From the human T2T-CHM13v2.0 reference genome, Homo sapiens, in the NCBI RefSeq assembly GCF_009914755.1, contig NC_060947.1: a DNA stretch of 64,000 nucleotides. The stretch is one strand, 5' to 3'. Position 1 is the first letter of the stretch, and every line of letters begins with the position of its first letter. The notes beneath the pieces were generated by a model. The model was not told the origin of the DNA, did not search any database, and saw only the letters and a list, made by a program, of their open reading frames with translations. The position numbers and the translations under genes were made by a program. Below are positions 15,223 through 28,440 of this stretch, in pieces.

Positions 15223-16105
15223 TCAGAGAAATACACATCAAATCTACAGTGAGATATCACCTCACTCTAATTAGAATGGCTACTATAAAAAAAAAAAACA
15301 AAAGATAACAAATGTTGGTGAGGATATGGAGAATAAACCCTTCCATACTGCTGGTGGCAATGTAAATTCATACGGTCATTAGGAAAAACAGTATGGAAGT
15401 TCCTCCAAAAATAAAAAATAGAACTATGATATGTTCCAAGAATCCTACTACTGGATAGCTATCCAAAAGAAATTGAATCAGTAATTTGAAGAGATATCTG
15501 CACCCCCATGTTTATTGCAGCGCTATCCACAATAGCCTGGATATGGAATCAACTTAAATGTTCATCAGTGGATGATTGGGTAATGAAAATATGTTGTATA
15601 TACACAATGAAATACTATTCCATCATGAAAAGAATGAAATTCTGTCATTTGCAGCAACATAAATGAACATTGGGGACATTGTGTTAAGTGAAATAAGCCA
15701 GGCACAGAACAACAAACACCGCATGATCTCACTCACACGTGAAATCTAAAAGGTTGTTCTCATGGAAGTAGGGAGTAGAATAGTGTTTACCAGAGGATGG
15801 AGAGGGTAGGAAGATGGGGAGGGGTGGCGAGAGATTGGTCAATTGGGTACAAAGCTATAGTTAGATTGAAGGAATAAGTTCTGGTGGTCTGTTGCATAGT
15901 AGAATGACTAGCATTAAAAAGAATGTATATTTCAAAATAGCTCGAAGAGAGGTTTTTGAGTGTTCTCATAAAAAAGAAATGATATTTAAAGTGATAGATA
16001 TGCTAATTACCCTGATTTGATTATTACACAATTTACACATATATGGAAACATCATGTTGTGTCCCATAAGTATGTCTAATCATGTGTGAACCACTATAGG
16101 AAAAA
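15223..16105 (+). mobile_element. L1MA 3' fragment (ORF2 end plus 3' UTR)
   Basis: gagatatcacctcactc...agaatggctactat; gagatatctgcacccccatgtttattgcagc; gtgatagatatgctaattaccctgatttga. Confidence 0.9.
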
Positions 16106-16443
16106 AAACCTCTGACCTGGTGGGTTTGATGTTTTCTTAGTCATTATCATGATCTCTCTATATTCTAGAGCTCTTTGCTCTCCATGTGAGGGAGCTAACA
16201 GACCTTTCTGGGTGATCTCATCAGAAAGGCTGTTAGTGCCAAGAAAGGAAGACTTTATAACTCAGGCACAGAGAGTCCCAGTGAGGCTCTGAAGATCTTT
16301 TCAAGTGGAAGCTTGTATGACAGGACACTACACTGGGGAATGAGGGTGGGAGTGAGGTGGAGAAAGAAGGCACTTCTCAGAGCATAGTAAAAATTTAGCA
16401 ACAATTTGAGTCACTTACCTTACTAAAAAGTTATCTTTATATC

Positions 16444-16918
16444 TATGTTAGTTTTCTGTGGCTGGTGTAATAAATTACTTGATGGCTTAAAACAACAGAA
16501 ATTTATTCTCACAGTTCTGGTGGCCAGAAGTCTGAAATTAAGGGCTGAAACCCCTCAGGAGGTTCTAGGAGAGAATCTTTGCCTCTTCCAAGGTCTATGG
16601 CTGTCTACATTATTTGTCTTGCGGCCGCACCAGTCCAACCTCTGCCTGTGATCAACATTGCCTCCTCATCTTCTCTGTTTTTCTTTCCCTTCCATCTGTC
16701 TCAGCTCTTCCTCTGCCTTTTCTTTAAGGTCGCTTGTCATTGAATTTAGAGCCCACTTGGATAATTGAAATTGATCTCTTTATTTCAAGAAGCTTAACTT
16801 AATTATATCTGCCAAGACCCTTTTTCCAAATAAGGTAAAAAATTTTACAGTTTCTGGAGTTGTAAAACATGGTTATATCTTTTGTGGGGGTGAGGCGGGC
16901 ACGATTGAACCCACTATA
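16444..16918 (-). mobile_element. MLT1C-type MaLR solo LTR
   Basis: ggcttaaaacaacagaaatttattctcacagttctgg ... ttatatctgccaagaccctttttccaaataaggt ... aacccacta. Confidence 0.85.
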
Positions 16919-17032
16919 GTATCTGTCACATGCTCTGCTACATTCACAAAAACTGATACTTAGTAAAAGTTCATGAGATTATAAACAGTGAAGTATCAAC
17001 AAGACCCCTCATTCAATAATTATCAGGGTTGC

Positions 17033-17033
17033 T

Positions 17034-17068
<35 letters not shown>

Positions 17069-17107
17069 CTGTGTGTGTGTGTTTGTGTGTTCTGTGTTCA
17101 TGTGTGT
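17033..17107 (+). repeat. Compound (CT)n(GT)n microsatellite
   Basis: Directly visible. Confidence 0.9.
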
Positions 17108-17640
17108 TGTGCTTTGTGGTCTTTTTTTTTTTTCACTTGAAGAGTATTCCCATTTAGCCCTTGAAGTTACCAAATGGGGAAGACATTACCAAAAACTATC
17201 CATTAACATAAGAGTTTTGTGGAGCACAATAAGTAAAGCAAAGGGAAACATCCCTCTAACCCTTTCCCAGCAAGAAAAAACAAGATAATCCTGGTAGTTC
17301 CGAGAAAGCAAAGAAAGTTAGCTCTAACTCTTTGTAGTGAATTTTACAGTATTCAGTTGTTCTCGTACATTTGTCAAGAGTTGATTCACCTGCAATAGAA
17401 AAGGATGTCTGTTTACAAGTGGATCAATGATTATATCTACTAATGGAAAATGGTAGATTGTTCCCAAAGTCTTCACAAATAAAATCTCGGAGATAATATA
17501 TCTTTCTCCGTTAGTAGACACATCGTAGTATCTAACCATAATGATTACAGGCATACCTTTTTTAAACTATGGGGGCAGTCACAGTGCTCAGCATTGCAGG
17601 TTTTAACCTTCATCAGCAGAGTCAGATATTAAAAAGCTTA

Positions 17641-17726
17641 TTTCACGTTGTATGCCTGTATCAAAACATCTCAGGTAGCCTATAAATATAACACCTACTG
17701 TGTGTTCACAAAAATAAAAAATAAAA
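17641..17726 (+). mobile_element. Very short L1MA 3' tail
   Basis: tgcctgtatcaaaacatctca...tataaatataacacctact followed by an A-rich tail. Confidence 0.75.
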
Positions 17727-19992
17727 GTTCTCAATGTATTAATAAGAAATCATGCATTTATCAAGCACTTGTTCAATGTTTGTTTGAAAGTGGTAGGTAA
17801 ATACCAAAATGAATGCACTGTATGAGTTTAGGGATGAAGAGCTTATTTCAAAAGCTCGGTCAAGCAAGGCCTAATGGTGAAAATGTTATGTGAACTCTAC
17901 CTTAATTAAGGTGTAGGATTTAAGCAGACATTGATGAAGTATTAATAGAAAGACATTGCTGAAAGACCAGCATTAGGAGAGGCAGAGATGACAGAACATA
18001 TGTTGGCTTTTGGAGTGGGCAACTGTTGTAGCCAACTGAAGAAATTCAGCCAACTGAACTGATGAAAAATAGTGCTGGAAAAAATAGTGTAGACACATTA
18101 CGAATTTAGATACACTTTCAATGGAATATATCACAATGGAATGTGTGTATGTATATACATATATATTCTGTTGAAAGTTTCAATTTCTTATACAATTAGG
18201 AAAGAAAGAGAGCCCAATTAATAAGGTAGTCTCATAATACATTGTAGAATGAATAAGAGGAAGTAGGAGCCAGAGGTCAGAGAGCCAACTGGGAAACTAA
18301 TTGTCTAGGCAAAAAGTAATAGAGTAGGATTTGCAAAAGGTCAGAGTTGAGGGAAATTGACTTTCAGAGAAGTATAAATCTTATTGTTGTGTAGACTAAT
18401 GCTAAGTAAAGTTGACAGATAGGAGTCAAAGAAAGTAGATTTTAATTATGGTTGAGTGGGAGGAAGGTGATATCAATAATAAGAAAAAGAATGTTGTAAA
18501 GAGGAGCAACATTTGTGGGAAATATGTTGAGTCAAACTGTGGTTACACGACGATAGTACATTCTGACAAGTCTCTCCCACAACTGGAAATATGTACAGAG
18601 CTTTAGTGAGGTATTCGGGCTGGACTTGTATTTGAGAGATTCTCTTAAAGAAGTAACAAAGGAAGTCAGATATTTATTGATGGGAAGGATAACTTACTTT
18701 CTCATTTGATCTCAGTATTATTGGAATAATTAAGCATACTAATTCCTGAATTTCTTATTTTCCTCTTGAGGACAGGAAATGTGTTTTATTTACCTCTGAG
18801 TAATCAGCTGATAGATTGTCTTCAAAAAGTTCCTCTTGAATTACTAGAGTTTAGGTTGCCGTGTTTCTGAGATTATCTTACTTTTTCAAGTTTAATGGAA
18901 TTTAAAAAAAAATTTACTATATTTACTGTTGTATCCTGAAAACAAAAGTATTTCTATGAGTTTTACTGTAATCCTATTATCATCTCACTGCTTAATCTTT
19001 CAGGTTTCCAAATACTTTTAAAATTTACTTTAATTGTTTTTAAATGTAATGAGATGTTATTTTAAAAACTGTTGATTATTTCTACAAATGTGTCATGTCC
19101 ATTAAAAGTCACTCATTCATAAGTATATATTATCAAGTTAATGTACTAGCGAGACATCATAAATTATGCTTCATCTTTCTGCTGTTAATTCACATTATTC
19201 TCCTTCTATCCAGGGAAAGAAGGTACTATATATACATGTTATTAAAATATTTAGAATCTTTGAATAATTTAAACAACATTTTAAATAACAGAATATGGAA
19301 GAAAATAGAAAAAAAGTTAATTGATTCAATATTTTTTTTCAACAATTTCTTTTAAATATATAGACAAACCCATACTTGGCATTTATTTGGAACTGTGTCT
19401 GTTTGCATTTAAATTTTTGTGACCTGCTTACCAATTTTAGGTTTTGTATTGTTTTCTTCTTCCTTTATTTATCTTTCCATGCTATATTGATTCCTGAGTG
19501 TTTGAGGGACTTCCATTTTCCAGCTCATTTAAGTGCATTTCATCCTGCTGTGTTGGTCATCAGCAAGACACGAAAATGGTACTGAAATGGCCACATAATG
19601 CAATGTGATTTGAAACGAAGGGGAATTGCACTTGTCTGTTGGGCAAGGAATATTTATCCTGGGTTGCTCGATGTATTTAGAAAGTCAAGAGTTATCAGGT
19701 ATTTATTTGTAAGAGTACAGAGAATCTTGAATGCTAGTGATTCCAAGACATTTAGATTTCAGGAACCAGTTGAATTATTTAAACAAACAAACAAAAAATA
19801 AGTAACGGGACCATAATAAAGGTGCCAAATGATGTTATTAAATGATAAAGAATTAAGATCTGCTATTAATGTAATATGGAATTTCTAAAAGGAGCAGTTT
19901 AAAATCCAAAACTTGGAAGGTTTCTCAGAGGAAGTGCTGATCATTTGAATTCAATACATTCAATTTTATATTTGTCTTAAAAGCTCACTATA

Positions 19993-20077
19993 GAGCCGAG
20001 ATTGCGCCACTGCAGTCCGCAGTCCGGCCTGGGCGACAGAGCGAGACTCCGTCTCAAAAAAAAAAAAAAAAAAAAAA
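19993..20077 (+). mobile_element. Severely 5'-truncated AluYb8/Yb9
   Basis: gagccgagattgcgccactGCAGTCCGCAGTCCggcctgggcgacagagcgagactccgtctc followed by A22; the 7-nt duplication is diagnostic of the Yb lineage; TSD AAAA(G/A)CTCACTATA. Confidence 0.95.
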
Positions 20078-20359
20078 CTCACTATACTGTTTTCTGCTGC
20101 TACCAAATTTTGCATCTAAGAGCATCTGAGACATAGCATGATTGTTAATGATCGTGTCCTGCCTCTAAGAAACACTACAATCATAATACGTTTTGTTTTC
20201 TCTACCCTAAAATAAAATACTTGAGAGTGAAAACCAATGCAAATGTGCAATATATTTTCCCCATATTTGGGAATGGAATGTCCTCACTGATATGTGTGTG
20301 TTTTGTATTTCATTTACAATGAAGGTGACACAAAGAATTTATTCTCATTACAGTTGTAT

Positions 20360-21810
20360 GTGTATACACTGTAGAATCATGTTGTGAAAGCCATCTTATA
20401 TAAAATATAAGTTTCCCCTCTCTTTTTGCCCACAGCCTTACCCCACTACCCAGAGGTAAACACCTGCAACTATAGCTGATGTTTGGTATTTAGTTCCATG
20501 CCTCAAAATCACATGCTGTACTAAGAACGCATTTTTCTATTTTTTAAAATTGATTTATTGATTTAATATGTTGACTTCTCAGTACTGTAGATTAAGATAT
20601 AGTTCTCTATCAAATTCTTACCCTTCCTACACAAATATGCATTTCCTGCCTTCTCATTCTCCCATGTAGTAATTTTGGCTCCCGTGCTATCTGCCAGTTG
20701 TTTGCAATTATGAAAACTCTAGCAAAAGCTGAGCCACTTATAGTAAATTTCCATCTCTTTCTCTCTTTGATTTGCTTTTTGGGACCTTTCCTACACTTTG
20801 TCTTCCTGTCTTCTTACTGAATAATTTTTCTAATACGTATTTGTAATTATTAAGAGTTTTCATTTTTCTGCATATCTCTTTTTCTATAGCAGCCTATTCT
20901 TGTCACATGGAGTCAAGAGCATCTCTTCTCATTCTGAAAACATTGAAGTTAGTTATTTTGTCTGATTTTGTTTTGTGGGGTTATTTTTCTCTCTACATAA
21001 TCTTTATTTTTCCCAAGTTCCTATTGTCTGTTTGGTTGCATGTTTGAGTCTCCCTCATGTTCAAGGCTTCCTTTGATTTTTTGATGGTCCTTGGTTGTCT
21101 ACTCATTAAGTAGAGGTCACTAAAAAAAGTGCTTGGTAATTCTTAGCAGAATGTTGATTGTGGATCTTCTGGTTTGGTTTTCTGCTGAGTTGAGAAATTT
21201 CTGCTGTTGGTATCTTTAGGTCTTTTGTTTTGCACTGGTCAGATTCACAGAGAATAGTCCTCCAATATCCAGCCTGTCTTTCTGCATTTGAGAGATGAGC
21301 GGGAAAAGGTTTCACATTTGGCATAAAAGTGCGTTTCAGCTGCATGTTTATGGGTCTGGTGTCCTGCAGTGCAGAGACTCTCTTTCAACCTCTCAAGAGA
21401 ATAAACATATTGTCCCTGTGATGACAAAGAAGGGAAATCAATAGCTACCTTATTCATAAACAGACATTTGACAGACCCTCTTATTTCCTCCCAATTCTTA
21501 CTCTACCTTCCATAGGCAGCTGGTGTCATCATTCACTGAGCCCTTCTGGAGGTTCTGCATTGGCAATCAAGTTGATTCTTAGCTTCAACCGCTGTTGGAT
21601 TAGGATTCAGCTTTTTCAGGCTTCTAAGTGTGTTACTACTTATTCATTAACTTTCCAGCTTCTAAAATTCTGCTGCCGTGGTGTCCTTCCTTGTTTTCTT
21701 TGTCATTATGGGTTTGTGCTTAATTTAAAATCCCTTCATTTATATTTCCATGTGATTTTAGAAGGGAAAAAAACTCTACTTCTGTGTTGAATTCACTACC
21801 ATTACCTGAT
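20360..21810 (-). mobile_element. HAL1/L1ME-like ancient LINE fragments
   Basis: ccccactacccagaggtaaacac; ggtccttggttgtctactcat; ttaggattcagctttttcagg...ctttccagcttctaaaatt resemble antisense HAL1. Confidence 0.55.
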
Positions 21811-22794
21811 AGCCTGCATGTGACTTTAGGAAATTGGTTCCTGACATTTTATCAGACAACAGCATAAAAACTAAACTGTCAACAAGTCTTCATAGAGGAT
21901 TTATGAGCTTGAGCAATAATTGCAATACTCTCTATAAGCTAAACTGACATAACTCTAAATGAAAGTGAGCAGTGTCATGTTTGCTATTGTTGATGTGCTG
22001 TGGACAACGTGAATGACAGTCAGTTTTAATTAGCCCACGGATAATTGCAGTCATGTACCTAAGTCCCATTAATGGTCACTTTTTAACACCTATAACATGG
22101 AAGTAGTGAAATGATTCATTTCTTTTTTTTTTTTTGAATATGGTAGAGAAGGTCAACTATGCTTTTGAGGTAGGAATTATTGATAGGATACTTCTAGTTG
22201 GCTTAGCATTTTCATATCTTTTTAGCTTAACTATCCATTGTGAGACTAAGCTTATTACTGTCATGTAAGATTCGGTTAAGTAGCACTATTCATATCTACA
22301 ATCTACCATGTGGAGTGATTTGTCATCATTTAAGGAAAACCCGTACATCAGATATAATAAGCAGCTATTCTTCTGGTTAACCTTTTAATACATATTATTG
22401 GGCAGCAAAATCAAAACAGAATCTGTTGTGTCATCTCTTTGGTACCCAGGCATTTTCTACACAATTGTAACAAGACTGCTCTGGAAATAGCTATAAATGG
22501 ATCCTGCTGAGATCTGCTTTTTCTCAATTATCTTATCCTGTCAAACAAGGGATTTTTCTCCTCTTCACTTTCTCCTCCATTTATAAGGATGTAATTTCAG
22601 CTTGCAAATTCGATTTTATCCTTTATTGTTAGAGCAAGAGATTTCCCAGTTTTGATCCAGTCTCCACACTTATGGAGGGCCCAGTGTGAATGCAGTATGC
22701 ATATAGATATCAATCAGGGATAGCAGGTCATTCCAGCCAGAAAAACTGATGTTTTTGCGTATATGTATATATGAATGATAATATAGGGTGATGG

Positions 22795-23161
22795 TGCCTC
22801 AGTCTACTTGTGCTGCTATAATAAAATACCATAGACTGGGTGGCTTATGAACCTTGAAATTTTATTTCCCACAGTCCTGGATGCTAGGAAGTCCAAGATC
22901 AAGGCACTGGTGGATTCAGTGTCTGTTGAGAGCCTGCTTTCTGGCTCATAAACAGTGCCTTCTTGCTGTGTTCTTATAAGGTAGAAGGAATGAGGGATCT
23001 CTCTCAGGGCTTTATTTTTTATAAGGGAATTAATTGCATTCATCAGAGTTCTAGCCCCGTGACCTAATCACCTTCCCAAGGCTCCACCTCCTAATGCCAT
23101 TAGCTTTGGGTTAAGATTTTGACGTAATAATTTTGGGGGAACAAACAGTCAGACCATAACA
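22795..23161 (-). mobile_element. MLT1A-type MaLR solo LTR, complete
   Basis: TG...CA ends; gctgctataataaaataccatagactgggtggctta; perfect 5-bp TSD GATGG at 22790-22794 and 23162-23166. Confidence 0.92.
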
Positions 23162-23424
23162 GATGGATATGGAAAGAGATCTTTAGGGACACCGTAGTTG
23201 GGATGGTTATATCTACTTAGAGGGGCTGGACAAGGCTCCTTCAGGGAGACAGTGTTGACTTTGAGATTCAAAGGATGAATATAACTTCTCCAGGTGGAGA
23301 AATGTACAGTAGACCAAAAACAATATCTGCAAAACTCATGAGCAGGGAAAAATCTTAAGTGGTTACAATGAAGAAATGCCTTGAAATAGAATTAATGAAA
23401 TTTCACCTTTAGGTCTAACTATGA

Positions 23425-23625
23425 CAGTATCTAACATTTACTGAGGACTACTCATGTGCTAAACACAATGCTAAGATAATTATTTCATTTAAAACACCAA
23501 CTAGATTATAAATCACATTTTACAAATAAGGAGCTTGAGGTACAGAGAGGTTTCCCAAGGTCACTAATTATTGGAGAAAATGAGACTTGAACCCAAGAAG
23601 TATGATGGTAAGACTCATAGTATTC
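23425..23625 (-). mobile_element. MIR SINE
   Basis: ctaacatttactgaggactactcatgtgc; cattttacaaataaggagcttgaggtacagagagg...cccaaggtcac. Confidence 0.75.
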
Positions 23626-23714
23626 AGTGATATGCTAACAACAACTGACACAAATAGTTCTTTCTGTCAGCTATAGTTGTACTTTGGTCTCCAGTTATAT
23701 AATTTGAAGATACT

Positions 23715-23901
23715 TGCAGTCATAGTTCAGGCTGCTATAGCAAGGTACCATAGGCTAGGTAGCTTAAACAACAAACATCTATTTCTCATGGTTCTGGGGG
23801 CTAGATGTCTGAGATCAAGATGTCAGCATGATCTGTTTCTTGGAGAGGGCCCTCGTCCTGGTTATGTTCTCATTTAGACTTTCCTTGGTGCTTGCAAGGT
23901 G

Positions 23902-23937
<36 letters not shown>

Positions 23938-24109
23938 GAGAGAATCTTTTATCTGCTCCTCTTTTTAAAAGGAGAATAACTCTATTATGAAAGATTCATC
24001 CTTACGTCATAATTACCTGCCAAAGGCCCCAACTCCAAATGCCACCACACTGAGGATTAGCGTTACAACATATGAATTCTGCTGGTACACAAACATTCAC
24101 TCCTCAGCA
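23715..24109 (-). mobile_element. MLT1A/MST-type MaLR LTR with internal (GA)n
   Basis: caggctgctatagcaaggtaccataggctaggtagcttaaacaac ... aattacctgccaaaggcccca; (GA)n at about 23904-23932. Confidence 0.85.
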
Positions 24110-24366
24110 ATGGGGTACCGAGAGCAGCATCACATGTGGGACTGTGGTTGATGATGGTGATAAAGATACTGAAACTTATGCTATTCTTATTGCTAAATCA
24201 TGACCACACTTTACATTTTAATGGAAAACTTCAGAATAGATGGCAATGTATATTTTCATAATAAAAATAAAATCTCTTCTGGTAAATTTAAGTACGTATT
24301 GGTCAGTTGAGTAGTTTATGAGATGTCTTTCCCTATAGATCATAGAATTTTAGTGAGGCCTTAGAA

Positions 24367-24584
24367 CAGGGTTTCTCATCCTCGGCACTACTGACATTTT
24401 GTGCTTAATGATTCTTTGTTGGGAGGGGTTATATACTATAGGATATTTATCAGCATCCCTGGCCTCTACCCACTAGATGCCAGTACCAGTCCCCCAGTTG
24501 AGCCAACCAAATATTTCTCCAGACATTGCCAAATATCCCCTGTAGGGCAAAAGTCATCCCAAAACCCAGGTTGGGAAACCACAG
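24367..24584 (-). mobile_element. MER20 (hAT-Charlie), full length, nested in a MIR
   Basis: cagggtttctcatcctcggcactactgacatttt ... cagcatccctggcctctacccactagatgccagta ... ctccagacattgccaaat ... ggttgggaaaccacag. Confidence 0.9.
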
Positions 24585-26014
24585 ATTTAGAGAAGTCTAG
24601 TATAATCCCCTCAACTTTACCCAAAAAGAGAATTGACGTGCTGTAAGCAAGGTCATACAGCTAAACTGTGGCAGAATTTTGATTAGATCTCAGGTCTCCT
24701 GAGCCCAAAATCATATTTCACATATAACAAACTGTGGTGTCTTCCACTTAAAGCAGTGCCTTCAGAACATATGATTTAAAAAGTACACATATATCATCCA
24801 TAACAGCTCGGCAGACAGGTAGAATAAATGCAATTTGATCAGTGGAAATGCATGGTGCGAAAAGTTATGATTTGTCCCAGGTTGCCTACCTAGCATGGAA
24901 GACATCCTGAACACAAGACTTCAGATGACAGCTCTGATGCTCTTTCCAATATCGTTGCTTACCGCAGTTGGTCAACATGAGCTTGGTTTGAGAAAGGAGC
25001 AACAGAAAAGTTTTTGGGGAACATTTCTAAATCATTGCTTTCATTTCCAGCACTCTGACCCTATATCTTTTGTAGGCAAAATAATAACAATCGCCTTTTT
25101 TTTTTTAAATTGGTAGAGAGAAGGAAGTCATAATATTCACATAGATATTAGCTATTTACTAACTTGTGCCTCGGCATAATTTTTCTTATACTTGAATGAT
25201 TAGAGAATAACTGTCCTCAAAAACATAAAATGGAAAGTTACATTACTTTATGTTATGGATGCCTCATCTATAAAGACGTGACTACCAGTGATTCCTAAAG
25301 ACTTATAGAGAGTTATAAGTGAAGTCATATTCCAAAGCCTCTGCTGTTTGGGATTTTTTTATAGGTCACTGTCATGTAGTGATATGAAATAAAAATATTT
25401 AACTATCCGCCTCTTTCCATTCATCACTGCACTGCCGCAAGTGAGGGCTTTATGGAGATAAACGATCTGGCTTTGAACACACACCTGGCAAGTCACAATG
25501 GTAAAATGTCGACCCTTTCTGAGAAGTGAAGTGTAAGCAGTTCTGAGCAGACCCACCAGCTACGATGCTGCACATTTGGTTGTTTCTCTTTTAAAAATAA
25601 ACTCAGTCTGAAAGTTTAAATTATGTATAGTTTGTATAGTGGCTTACATACAACTGTAAGAATGATCAAAGGAAAAAAGGACAAGGTTTGTATATCTGCA
25701 TATTAATGTTTTAATTTTAAAAACAGGTAGCCCTAAATTAACATAAGATGTTTCCACAATGTTTTTAACTGACTGAATTCTGTGGGCAAAATGTATGTGT
25801 GTGTCTGTGTGTGTGTGTTTGTGTTTGTGTGCTTGTGGTGTGTACTACCTGAAACGAAAGTTGGTCCAATAAAATGAAGTTAATATCTTTAAAAATTTGG
25901 AATAAATTCAGAAATGTTCTATATATACTCCAGACATTTAAGTAAAGTGGTATTTAAAGTCCTCCTTACAGTTATCAAGTCTGGAACTGGTGGAGCAGTA
26001 TGCATCTCTGACCA

Positions 26015-26844
<830 letters not shown>

Positions 26845-26845
<1 letters not shown>

Positions 26846-26948
26846 AGGAGGGAAGGAGTGAAGGAAGGAAGAACAGAAGGATAGAAGGATAGAAGGAAGG
26901 GAGGGAGGGAGGGAGGAAGGAAGGAAGGAAAGACAGAAGGAAGGAAGT
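26845..26948 (+). repeat. (GGAA)/(GGGA)n purine tract
   Basis: Directly visible; resumes at about 27087-27120. Confidence 0.85.
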
Positions 26949-26950
26949 TG

Positions 26951-27628
26951 CCAGTTCTTCTTCCCAAAGGCAACCAGGATTGCAATTGCATGCCAAAATT
27001 TAATTGTTCTAATGATTTCTGAACTGGTTTTGCAGTGTTTGTTTGTTTCGCTTTGTTATTCTAAACCTTGGCTTTCGTCAACATTAGAAGGAAGGAATTA
27101 AGAAAGGAAGAATAGAAGTTAGAAGTGGGAAGTTCCTGCATTTAGGATTCTAATTCTAAACTTATTTCTTTTATTTTTATTAGTTCTCCATACAGAGAGT
27201 AGCCCTGTATACAACAATCATTCCTAACTTGATAACTGAACATAGGCCAATAGTTTTCAGTCTTCCATATAAAGTTAAGGCAAATATTACGTGTACATAA
27301 CAGAACCTATTAAAATAGTCAAATCTATTATGTAGCATAAGATTATGTATCTGTTTATTTGATTTGACTTTTTAAAAATTAATTCATCTTTTTTAACAGG
27401 TAATGCTCTTGCATGGAACATAATTCAAAAATTATGAAAGGATTTACAATGAAAAGTCTATGTGCCAACCCCAGCTACTCAGTTTTTCTCCACAAAAGCA
27501 ACCAGGATTTACAATTGCATGCCAAATTTTAATTTTGTTTTAATGATTTCTGAACTGGTTTAGTAGTTTGTTTGTTTTTGTTTATTTTGCTTTGTTATTT
27601 TAATCATTGGCTTTTGTCAACATTGGAA
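26951..27628 (+). repeat. Dispersed direct repeat of about 135-150 bp (copies 26951-27089 and 27480-27628)
   Basis: Both copies share gcaaccaggatt..caattgcatgccaaa, taatgatttctgaactggttt, gctttgttatt and ttggcttt.gtcaacatt. Confidence 0.9.
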
Positions 27629-28249
27629 TAGTTGCCTTAATGGTAACTACTATTACATAACTCATGTGAGTGGAACACGTGTGGTTATAAGAATTGTCCA
27701 GCATGCTGGATTCTATTACACAGTTATTTCATTTCCAAATATTTGTCTTTCTTGTAAAACAGTCATTATCAAATGACTTTGCTTTTACAGCCAAATGAGG
27801 AGACAGTTCTTGGATTTAAAGAACTTTGTTACAATGATTACTCAAGTACTTAGCAGAAAATTTTTCAAGCTTTTATTCCAAAGACTCTCTTTTAGAAACC
27901 CCAGCCAGAAATTCCAAATTTTCCCAGTGCATAAGTCACATCATGGCAAATTAGGTCTTCACTTTCTCTTTTCTGTAAAAAGTTACTAACTCCCTAATCA
28001 AGACTTTGTTCTGACGTTTTGATTGGTCTGGCCTTTTCAAGTAGATTAAATGTTATTGATTTTAAAAATAGTTTTCAACAGATTCTTTGTGAGTGGCTAC
28101 TTCTAGACTGGCCTAAAGAGAAAGGATGACTTCACTCAAAAGTTCATAAAAGGAGAATACTGACAGTCAGCCTTTTTGTTCATAAGTTGATTTTTAAAAA
28201 TAGAAATATGGTAGGACAAATTGTTGAATTATTTCTTTTTACTGGAGGC

Positions 28250-28440
28250 TGTGGGTATAGTGATGAATCTTCAAGTTGGAAGAATCAAGAAACAAGCATT
28301 CTGTTGTCCATACTTGGTATCTCTTTTTGTGATCTTGTGTTATTCAGTTGACCCATTGGTGCCTCTGTTTTCTCTTCTTTAAAACAAGAGGCATGAACCA
28401 GATTATCTCTTAGAAACTCCCAGGTTTAAAATCCTATTGA
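28250..28440 (+). mobile_element. MIR-family SINE
   Basis: tgtgatcttgtgttattcagttgaccc...gcctctgttttctcttctttaaaac ... gaaccagattatctct. Confidence 0.55.

Noticed and set aside
18030-18090. Short tandem duplications (AGCCAACTGAA twice; AAAAATAGTG twice)
   Set aside because: Ordinary slippage events within degraded L2-like sequence.
26915-26948. GGAA microsatellite as an EWSR1-FLI1 response element
   Set aside because: Only about four consecutive GGAA units, which is too short to be a strong site.
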